Shown: piece after piece, positions 31,159 through 38,577 of the stretch | Numbering within the stretch: the first letter of the stretch is position 1 | Layout: the number at the start of each line of letters is the position of its first letter | Source of the DNA: Phyllobacteriaceae bacterium | Lineage (GTDB): Bacteria; Pseudomonadota; Alphaproteobacteria; Rhizobiales; Rhizobiaceae | Direction of reading: 5' to 3' | NCBI GenBank assembly: GCA_031377485.1 | Contig: JANMEX010000483.1 | Span: forward strand, 1 to 46,349 | Length of the DNA stretch: 46,349 nt | The notes under the pieces: model-generated | What the model saw: only the letters and a program-made list of their open reading frames with translations | Databases searched by the model: none | Told to the model about the DNA's origin: nothing | Translations under genes and position numbers: made by a program

Positions 31159-32088
31159 TCAAGCTTTTCGAGCCAGACTTGCAACCATGCCGCGGTTGAG
31201 AACGATCAAGCCCGCCGCAATCATTGCCATGCCGAAGAGATGGTTAAGAGCGAGTCTTTCGCCAAGAAAGGCTATTCCCAACACCACGGCACTGACTGGT
31301 ACGATGAGCGTTACCAGTGATACGACTGTTGCGCCCGAAGCGGCGAGTATGCGAAAAAACAACGTGTAGCCAAATGCTGTGGAACCAAGCGCCAACGCCA
31401 GCACAGCGAGCCAAGCGCCTGTGCTCCATAGCAATGGCTCTGGCACCCCATGGACGAGCAGCGCGACAGGCAACATCAAAATGGTCGAAGCGCTTAACTG
31501 TCCGGTGGCGGTGAATAACGGCGGGACTTGGCGGAAACGCTTGCCGTAAATGGACGCCATCGCATAGGAACCGGCAGCGCCGATGATGGCCAGTTCTGCC
31601 CATAGCGGTGCGCCGAGCTTTGCAAAGAAAGAAGGGCCGACAATGACGGCCGCGCCCATAACGCCGATCAATGTGCCCGCTATTTTTGCGGGCGACGCCT
31701 TTTCGTCGGCAGTCAGTATGTTAGCGGCGATGACGGTGAGGAACGGTGTGGTGGCGTTGAGAATTGATGCCAGTCCCGCGCCAAGCACAGTTTGGCCGGC
31801 GAAAATCAACGAAAACGGGATGGCGTTGTTCAAAAGGCCGAGGCCGAAAAAGGGCAGGAATGGAGTCTTGCAGAACGATTGCCATTGACCGGTTGCCGCC
31901 AGGTAAAAATGCAGCGCAAGTGCTGCAATGCTAACACGGAAAAACACCAGCCAGAGCGGCGGTAGTTCCTTTACAGCGATGCGGGCGAAAAAGAACGAGC
32001 CGCCCCACAAGGCACCGAGGAGCAGAAGCATCAGCCAGACCTTGGCAGGGATGGCTGTTTGTAGAGGCGAGTTAGAGGCGGCTGTCAT
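31159..32088 (-). CDS. EamA/DMT family transporter
   Basis: Ten-TM profile with two EamA repeats (LLLGALWGGSFFFARIAV...). Confidence 0.88.
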   Translation of the reverse strand: MTAASNSPLQTAIPAKVWLMLLLLGALWGGSFFFARIAVKELPPLWLVFFRVSIAALALHFYLAATGQWQSFCKTPFLPFFGLGLLNNAIPFSLIFAGQTVLGAGLASILNATTPFLTVIAANILTADEKASPAKIAGTLIGVMGAAVIVGPSFFAKLGAPLWAELAIIGAAGSYAMASIYGKRFRQVPPLFTATGQLSASTILMLPVALLVHGVPEPLLWSTGAWLAVLALALGSTAFGYTLFFRILAASGATVVSLVTLIVPVSAVVLGIAFLGERLALNHLFGMAMIAAGLIVLNRGMVASLARKA

Positions 32089-32215
32089 GATTGTGTTTCC
32101 GTTGTGGTGCGAATGTGCCTAACGCAGGAACATACCGCCACCCGAATCATGATCGATAGGTACTTTTCGACTGCGGACAAGATTGCTAGCGTTTGCGATT
32201 AACAAGGGAATCGGC

Positions 32216-33457
32216 ATGGAAAAATTTGCAACCGCCAAAGAAGCGGCGCTGGCGATGCGGCCGGACGAACCGGTCTATTGCTTTCATCCCAAAGTGCTGG
32301 CGGACGACGCAAAAAAGTTCATGTCGCTGTTTTCAGGCAAGACTGCCTACGCGGTAAAAACCAACGGCGAGCGGATGGTGCTGGATGTGCTGGCGGCCAA
32401 TGGTGTGACCTGTTTCGATGTCGCCTCGCCGCAAGAAATCGCCGATGTTCGCGCTGCCGCCCCAAAGGCCGAGATGATTTACATGCATCCGGTCAAGGCG
32501 CAGTCGCATATTCGCGATGCTCTGACAAAATACGGTATCCGTGTGTTGGCGCTCGACCATGAGGATGAGCTGAGCAAAATTCACCGGATTGTACAGGGGC
32601 TGGATATAGATCCGGCGAAAGTGACCCTTTATGTGCGCTTGGCGACGAAGGGCCATGCGGCTTATGAATTGTCCAAGAAGTTCGGGGCAGGCCCTGCGCA
32701 CGCGGTCGAACTCTTGCAGCGAGTGGACCGGCTTGGCTACAAGGCCGGGCTTTGCTTTCATGTCGGAAGTCAGATCGAAGACCCGGATACGTATGATGCG
32801 GCGCTGAAAGTTGCCAAACAGGTGCGCGAGGCTTCTGGCGTTAAACTCACCGGGCTCGATATTGGTGGCGGTTTTCCAGCCGAATATGGGCATGATCCCA
32901 AACGGACGCATGCGGAAATGCCCTCCTTGCCACAATTGATGACACGTGTTTCCGGCGATATAGCCGAGTGGGGGTTTGGCGACCTGCCACTGATCGCCGA
33001 GCCGGGGCGGGTCATTGTCGCTCGCGCCTATTCGCTGATCGTGCGCGTTCTTTTGCGCAAGGGGCGGCGGCTTTACATCAATGATGGCATATGGGCGTCC
33101 TTGTCAGACAGCTGGACCGGCAAGATTACGCTGCCAGCGCGGTTTATCCCGGACCCTGCAATCAAGCAGCGCAACGGCGACCCTCACCAGATCGTGCCAT
33201 TCAAGGTTTGCGGTGCGACTTGTGATTCGGTGGATATTCTGACGCGCCCATTCTGGCTGCCCGAGACGGTTGATACCGGTGACTGGATCGAAATCGGCCA
33301 CATCGGAGCCTATTCGCTTTCGCTGCGTACGAAATTCAACGGTTTTTATCCGGACACCTATGTGGAAGTTGCAACGCCGTTTGACGAGGGTGACGCGCCG
33401 GAGGGGTATGCCAGTCTCGAGACGATGGGCGAGGATGCGGCGGAAGAATTTGATTGA
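32216..33457 (+). CDS. Group IV PLP-dependent decarboxylase (ornithine/lysine decarboxylase type)
   Basis: YAVKTN PLP-lysine motif, HVGSQ, LDIGGGFP, EPGR, and a CGATCDSVD active-site Cys segment. ATG at 32216. Confidence 0.9.
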   Translation: MEKFATAKEAALAMRPDEPVYCFHPKVLADDAKKFMSLFSGKTAYAVKTNGERMVLDVLAANGVTCFDVASPQEIADVRAAAPKAEMIYMHPVKAQSHIRDALTKYGIRVLALDHEDELSKIHRIVQGLDIDPAKVTLYVRLATKGHAAYELSKKFGAGPAHAVELLQRVDRLGYKAGLCFHVGSQIEDPDTYDAALKVAKQVREASGVKLTGLDIGGGFPAEYGHDPKRTHAEMPSLPQLMTRVSGDIAEWGFGDLPLIAEPGRVIVARAYSLIVRVLLRKGRRLYINDGIWASLSDSWTGKITLPARFIPDPAIKQRNGDPHQIVPFKVCGATCDSVDILTRPFWLPETVDTGDWIEIGHIGAYSLSLRTKFNGFYPDTYVEVATPFDEGDAPEGYASLETMGEDAAEEFD

Positions 33458-33575
33458 GGCAAGCAAGAAGTACAATTTTTGATTGGCGTCCCCCGCACGG
33501 GGGATGCGTAAGTTCTAATATTTGTAGGATCGTCATCGGGCGGCAATGGAGTGCCGTTCATTGATGGAGCTTTTT

Positions 33576-33905
33576 ATGCGCATTCACATGCTGCCTTTCA
33601 TGTTTGCTTTTGCCGTCACCGGATTAATGCCGGGTTCTGTCACCAACGGATTTGCCCGGGAAAAGGCTGTCAGCATGGGTTGCACGCTCAGCCAGCTACG
33701 GACACCGGAGGCAAAGAAGTGTATTGAACTCGTGGTCTCCGAGGGCACAATCCACCATCTCGAATGCAGTGGTGGAACCGTATCGTGTTGCAATGATGAA
33801 CCGGATTCGCATGGGCTGCCGGCGGGCTTTTGCATTGATATCAAGAAAATAGGACAAACAAAGCGGCCGAAGGTGATCGAAACACCTGCGACAACAGCAC
33901 AATAG
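33576..33905 (+). CDS. Small secreted Cys-rich hypothetical protein
   Basis: Signal-like N-terminus MRIHMLPFMFAFAVTGLMPG and six Cys in the mature part, including a CC pair. GGAG lies 6 nt upstream of the ATG at 33576. Confidence 0.5.
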   Translation: MRIHMLPFMFAFAVTGLMPGSVTNGFAREKAVSMGCTLSQLRTPEAKKCIELVVSEGTIHHLECSGGTVSCCNDEPDSHGLPAGFCIDIKKIGQTKRPKVIETPATTAQ

Positions 33906-33946
33906 TATTCAAGTCAAAAACACCGCTGGCCTTGTCACGAGACAAG

Positions 33947-34753
33947 TCAGCGGTGTTTGGACAGCCAGGCTTTCCAGGCTGATGGTGTGCCATTGAAGAC
34001 ATTCATATCAGCACCGCCCTTGATGCCCGGAATTTTACCGGTGCCGGAATATTGCCAGAAAGTCCATTTGCGGCCGGGGTAAATGTTGGCCGGGTGGTCT
34101 GCGACGGCGCGCAGGAAGAATTCATAGCCGGTGAAATAGCCTTCGAGATTTTCCTTGTAGAAATCCGGCGTGACATAAATCAACGGTTTCTTGCCATAGT
34201 GGCGCTCCACCTGATCGAGCCAGACCTGCATTTCCTTTCGGACAGCTTCCGGCTCCGGGCGAAACTTGCAGGACGGCGATTTGTGGTTCCACTCCATGTC
34301 CAGCAGTGGCGGTAGTGCGGATGGATCCTTTGGCACATTGCGAATGAACCATGCCGCCTGCTGGAAAGCAGGAGTGCAGAAATAAAAGAAGTGGTAGGCG
34401 GCGCGCGGCACACCTGCGGCGCGCGCGGCGGCAAAATTGGTGGCAAAGGCATCGTCCAGCCGGTCGCCGCCTTCGGTTGCCTTGATGAACGCAAACGAGA
34501 CGCCATTGGCCCGCGCCGTCGGCCAGTCAACGCCGGTCTGGTATTTCGACATGTCAGTCCCATGCACCGGATAGGCAGCAGGGCCGCGGCCGGGGAAATC
34601 AACCGGGTCTGTTTCGCTGAAATTCGGTTTGGCTATCGCAATATCACGGGCAACCTGTTCCAGCCCGGGGCCGGATGTGGTGCAAGCGGAAAGCATGACA
34701 CCTGCGGCAAGCGCGGCGAAGCGAGCGAATGGGCGTTTGTCGAAGCGAATCAT
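33947..34753 (-). CDS. GH25 family muramidase (lysozyme), lipoprotein
   Basis: Lipobox VMLSAC. Canonical GH25 blocks: GTDMSKYQTGVDW, FAFIKATEG, AYHFFYF, LDMEW, IYVT, FWQYSGTGKIPGIKGGADMNVFNG. Confidence 0.9.
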   Translation of the reverse strand: MIRFDKRPFARFAALAAGVMLSACTTSGPGLEQVARDIAIAKPNFSETDPVDFPGRGPAAYPVHGTDMSKYQTGVDWPTARANGVSFAFIKATEGGDRLDDAFATNFAAARAAGVPRAAYHFFYFCTPAFQQAAWFIRNVPKDPSALPPLLDMEWNHKSPSCKFRPEPEAVRKEMQVWLDQVERHYGKKPLIYVTPDFYKENLEGYFTGYEFFLRAVADHPANIYPGRKWTFWQYSGTGKIPGIKGGADMNVFNGTPSAWKAWLSKHR

Positions 34754-34905
34754 TTGTTACCTGTGTCAGGATTGAAATAACGCAACAATTGCGGGGCGTC
34801 ATCTCGCCAGTTGGCAATTGTGTGCGCTCTGATGTTCGACAAACTCCTCCTTATTGCTTTCTTCCCAAATTGAACGGACAGTCTGACAAAGCATTGGAGC
34901 ATGGC

Positions 34906-36309
34906 ATGTCCGGTCTGAGATGGTTGATGAAATGGGTTCTGCGGCTGTTTGTGCTGGCGGTCATCGGCCTTGGAGTATGGCTGTATGCTTCGCCGCCTGA
35001 TCTCATTCGCGTTGCTGCAAGCTATTCGGCCAAGATTGTGTGCTCGAATGTGTTTCTGGCCAAACGCGATGCGGGGCAGGTCTTGGCGGATGATGTGCAG
35101 GCGCCCGGGCATCCGATACTGAAATTTGTGCGTGTTTCTGTGGATGAGAAAGCCGGAACGGTCAGTGCGGGACTGGCAGGGTTATTCGGCAAAGGGTTGG
35201 CGCTTTTCCGGCCGGGACTTGGATGCACAAGTGTGCCGGATGTGAATGTTTCTGCTGCAAAGGCCATTGCGCTGAAGCGAGCAGAGCCGCAACCGGTTGG
35301 TGATGCGCAGCCTTGGCCCGCTGGAAACCAGATTATGCCAAGCCAGGACCCGGCAATTGCCGCCATTCTTGATGATGTTGCACTCACAGGTCCGGGAATG
35401 CGTGCTGTCATCGTCGCGCAAAACGGGCGGATCTTGGCCGAGCGCTATGGCCAAGGTTTTGACGACAAGACGCCGCTGCTTGGCTGGTCGATGACCAAGA
35501 CGGTCAATGCAGCCATCATCGGCACGCTGGTGCGGGACGGGAAGCTGGAGCTCAACAAGGCGGACCTTTTTCCGGAATGGAAGACAGACAATCGTTCGGT
35601 GATCACTGTCGCTGATCTTATGGCGATGTCTTCGGGGCTGGAGTTCAACGAAGATTACGGCGATGTTACGGACATCACCCGGATGCTTTACCTTCAGCCG
35701 GATATGGCTGCCTTCGCCCGCGACAAGCCGCTGGCTGGGCTGACCGGCAAGACGTTCAGCTATTCAAGTGGCACGACCGTCCTTTTATCCCGCATCTGGC
35801 AGGATGCAATCGGCGGCGCTGATGTCGCGCTTGCTTATCCGCGGTCTGCCCTGTTTGACCCGCTGAATATGGCCAGCGCGACGCTGGAAGCGGATGCAGC
35901 AGGGACATTTTCCGGCTCCTCGTACATGTATGCCAACGCCCGCGATTGGGCCCGATTTGCGCAAATGCTCTTGGACAATGGTAACGCGGGCGGGACCCAA
36001 ATCTTGCCGCCGGAATTTGTGGCGATGATGCACGAACCAGTGGCGGCGTCGGATACGGGCTTTGGCGTTCAATATGGCAAGGGGCAAGTCTGGCTCAAAG
36101 GGCCGTCCGGCACGACTCCCGACGATCAAGATCCCGATACGGGTTTTGCATTGCCGTCTGATATTTACTGGATGGAAGGCCATGACGGGCAGTCGATTGC
36201 CATTATTCCTTCGAAGAAAATGATTGTTCTGAGGATGGGACTGACGCCGTCGAAGCTGAACTACAAGCCGCAGGCGCTGGTGCAAAGACTAACGGCGGTG
36301 CTGCCATAG
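34906..36309 (+). CDS. Membrane-anchored beta-lactamase-fold serine hydrolase
   Basis: N-terminal TM (WVLRLFVLAVIGLGVWLYA) and an SxxK motif (WSMTKTV) in the beta-lactamase/PBP4*-like context. ATG at 34906, so the ORF-track extension was discarded. Confidence 0.85.
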   Translation: MSGLRWLMKWVLRLFVLAVIGLGVWLYASPPDLIRVAASYSAKIVCSNVFLAKRDAGQVLADDVQAPGHPILKFVRVSVDEKAGTVSAGLAGLFGKGLALFRPGLGCTSVPDVNVSAAKAIALKRAEPQPVGDAQPWPAGNQIMPSQDPAIAAILDDVALTGPGMRAVIVAQNGRILAERYGQGFDDKTPLLGWSMTKTVNAAIIGTLVRDGKLELNKADLFPEWKTDNRSVITVADLMAMSSGLEFNEDYGDVTDITRMLYLQPDMAAFARDKPLAGLTGKTFSYSSGTTVLLSRIWQDAIGGADVALAYPRSALFDPLNMASATLEADAAGTFSGSSYMYANARDWARFAQMLLDNGNAGGTQILPPEFVAMMHEPVAASDTGFGVQYGKGQVWLKGPSGTTPDDQDPDTGFALPSDIYWMEGHDGQSIAIIPSKKMIVLRMGLTPSKLNYKPQALVQRLTAVLP

Positions 36310-36375
36310 TCCTCCATGAAAGTGTAATTTGACCCGGCGCCGGGAGGACAGCGCCGGATCAGCCGCACCATCTCG

Positions 36376-36774
36376 CTATTTCCAGCAAGACAGCGGGTAG
36401 CGGTTGCCTTGCCAAGTAGTCCAGCCGTTCGACCTGTTGTTCACCGGTTTTGGCAGGTACCATTTGTTGCCGTCCGCATGGATGAAATAAAGCCCGCCAC
36501 GGTTGCCATAGCGCGCATTCGTCAGTGGCACCCAATTGGAGCCATTGTCCGAAAATTTGCCGCGCCACGCGACTTCCGATGTCGAGGTGCAGGTGTCGCC
36601 GTCGCATGAACCGCCGCCGACATCGACGACCGTCCACTTCATCTGCGCTGGCCTGCCATCAATCGTGCAAGTCCAAGTACCGCCCCACCATCCGAGCGCC
36701 TGACTGGCAAACGACGGGGCGCTTGAGGAGAGAAGCGCTGCAGAGAAAAGCAATGCTGTGAGTTTGGTTTTCAT
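36376..36774 (-). CDS. Secreted Trp/Gly-rich, Cys-containing small protein of unknown function
   Basis: Signal peptide MKTKLTALLFSAALLSSSAPSFA with GGAG 9 nt upstream. The mature ~110 aa is rich in W, G, T, N and has five Cys. Confidence 0.6.
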   Translation of the reverse strand: MKTKLTALLFSAALLSSSAPSFASQALGWWGGTWTCTIDGRPAQMKWTVVDVGGGSCDGDTCTSTSEVAWRGKFSDNGSNWVPLTNARYGNRGGLYFIHADGNKWYLPKPVNNRSNGWTTWQGNRYPLSCWK

Positions 36775-37105
36775 GATGTTTGCTCCGGTTTGGATTGAAC
36801 TGGAGCGGATTGTTGCGCTGGTGGGGTGATTTGTCGTCACGCAGATGGGGGATGAGTGGGATGATTGTGACGAGGTTGGTGATTGTTTTTTCTGCCCAAA
36901 CCTTCGTCATGCCGGACGGCGCAGCTGATCCGGGACCCATGCCGGAGGTCGAGGGGAGAGGTTGTCCGGAGCAGAATTGCCGCCCTTGCCGCTTGCCGTG
37001 ACAGGGGCAAGCGACGGTCTGCATAAATTCTGCCCACCGTCGTCCATGACATGGGTTCCTGATCTACTGCACCATCCGGAATGACGAAGAGGTGGGGTGG
37101 ATTGG

Positions 37106-38476
37106 CTAGTAGTTTCCTTCCCTCATGCGTGCAAGCTCAACCGTGACCATACTCATTGGTAACTCGAAGAAATCGAACAACGCATACAGCGGTGAGAGGA
37201 GTGGGTGCACAATCTCGGGCAGATTTGAATCAATAGACTCTGCGTCAACGTGCGTAGTTAACCTAATCGAATCTTGACGAGCAACTCGACCCTCTCTTAT
37301 GTCTCGGTTGCCATCAACGCTTACCAAAGACCTACCCGCTAGACCTTCATAGATTGCAGTGAACCGAATGGCAGTTGGTCCTTCAAACAACTTTGAGGCT
37401 AGACTTCTGGCGTGGAGGAGTGTTTCGCCGACTCTCCAGACAGGTAGGACAACGTCAAATACGGTTGCCGGTCGAGTGGAGGTTCGTCCGGACTGCTGTG
37501 TTCCCATCCCGTCTTCTTGATAACCTCGAAGCAAAAATGCAAGGCCGTCGGGATGGATGCGCCAAAAATCAGAGTGTGCAGCATCACGATCCTCTGGCGG
37601 GGACTGAGTATCGCCACCCAACCAACATTCGATACCGTCATCAATTGAATAAGGTTGTATTCCGTTGCGGGTTGGATACCAAAATGGAGCCCAGCCTGTG
37701 TGCCTAACTACGCTTGCCATCAGTGCCTCGGGGAGGCGGGCCGGCGCGATTGGTCTCCGTTCCCCTGTTATTTCGTAGGCGAAGCAGTAGCGACCACGTG
37801 GAAGTCGTGGCCCAACTCCGGTTGGAAGAGGTGCTATTAGCGCACGCCAACGTTCGAAATTCGCTTCGATCCACCCGTCAAGTCTGTCGCGACAATTCGG
37901 CTGCTCGATCTGTGGGACCGCACCTGTAATAAGGTCTCTGATCTGATCAAACATTTCGTCGCGACGATTCCGAAGGCATCGGCCCAAGAGTTCGTCCCAA
38001 TCCTGTGCGCTCTGAGGCGTCTCACTGCGTGGTCCCGGCTTTCTCACATAGATCGCGTTGCTTGTGACTGTATTGCCATTTGGGCCTGCACGTCGGGCAC
38101 GGACGGGTGTTTTATGCCCACCTGGCACAACTATAATTGGATGTAACATCCCGTCTGGTTTTGGCACAAAATGGACGGCGCAATGGAAGGGCGGGTCGCA
38201 ATAGTGCTGTACAATTCCATTGATCAAATCTTGGCTGTAGGCGATTAAAGTTGCAGGTCTTCCATCGGCTTCAACGATACCCGACTCGGTTTCCGACAAA
38301 CCCAACGCGATAAAGCCGCCGCCATAATTGGCAATTGCAAGCACGGCCTTCGCGAAAGTTGCCTTGTCTTCATTCGAACTTTGCAAATTGAGCCAATTTT
38401 TCACTTCAAAATCGAGGCCTTCGGTGGGGTCAACCAACAAGTCTGCAAGGCGTTCACGAGTTATCTCAACTGACAT
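37106..38476 (-). CDS. AlbA_2 (Schlafen-like) domain protein with an uncharacterised C-terminal region
   Basis: The first ~160 aa follow the AlbA_2 pattern (TEGLDFEVKNW, FAKAVLAIANYGGGFIALGL, HPIIVVPGG, AIYVRKPGPRSE). I recognise nothing in the remaining ~300 aa. Confidence 0.7.
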   Translation of the reverse strand: MSVEITRERLADLLVDPTEGLDFEVKNWLNLQSSNEDKATFAKAVLAIANYGGGFIALGLSETESGIVEADGRPATLIAYSQDLINGIVQHYCDPPFHCAVHFVPKPDGMLHPIIVVPGGHKTPVRARRAGPNGNTVTSNAIYVRKPGPRSETPQSAQDWDELLGRCLRNRRDEMFDQIRDLITGAVPQIEQPNCRDRLDGWIEANFERWRALIAPLPTGVGPRLPRGRYCFAYEITGERRPIAPARLPEALMASVVRHTGWAPFWYPTRNGIQPYSIDDGIECWLGGDTQSPPEDRDAAHSDFWRIHPDGLAFLLRGYQEDGMGTQQSGRTSTRPATVFDVVLPVWRVGETLLHARSLASKLFEGPTAIRFTAIYEGLAGRSLVSVDGNRDIREGRVARQDSIRLTTHVDAESIDSNLPEIVHPLLSPLYALFDFFELPMSMVTVELARMREGNY

Positions 38477-38577
38477 TCATATCAAATAACACTAATGGTT
38501 GAAGCCTGCCAGCTAAAGCTGCCGCTGATCAAGGCGATTATGGTGGATTGATCGCGTAGGTAAGTAATCAATGTTTC

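Noticed and set aside
37053-37080. tRNA 3'-end-like fragment (GGTTCCTGATCTACTGCACCA) as a possible integration scar
   Set aside because: The T-loop consensus and T-stem pairing are not satisfied, so the resemblance is superficial.
36310-38577. Claim that the orphan-gene patch is a low-GC horizontally acquired island
   Set aside because: Hand counts of a few 60-nt samples inside and outside the patch overlapped widely. I also saw no flanking direct repeats, tRNA or integrase. The claim needs a proper compositional calculation before it can be made.
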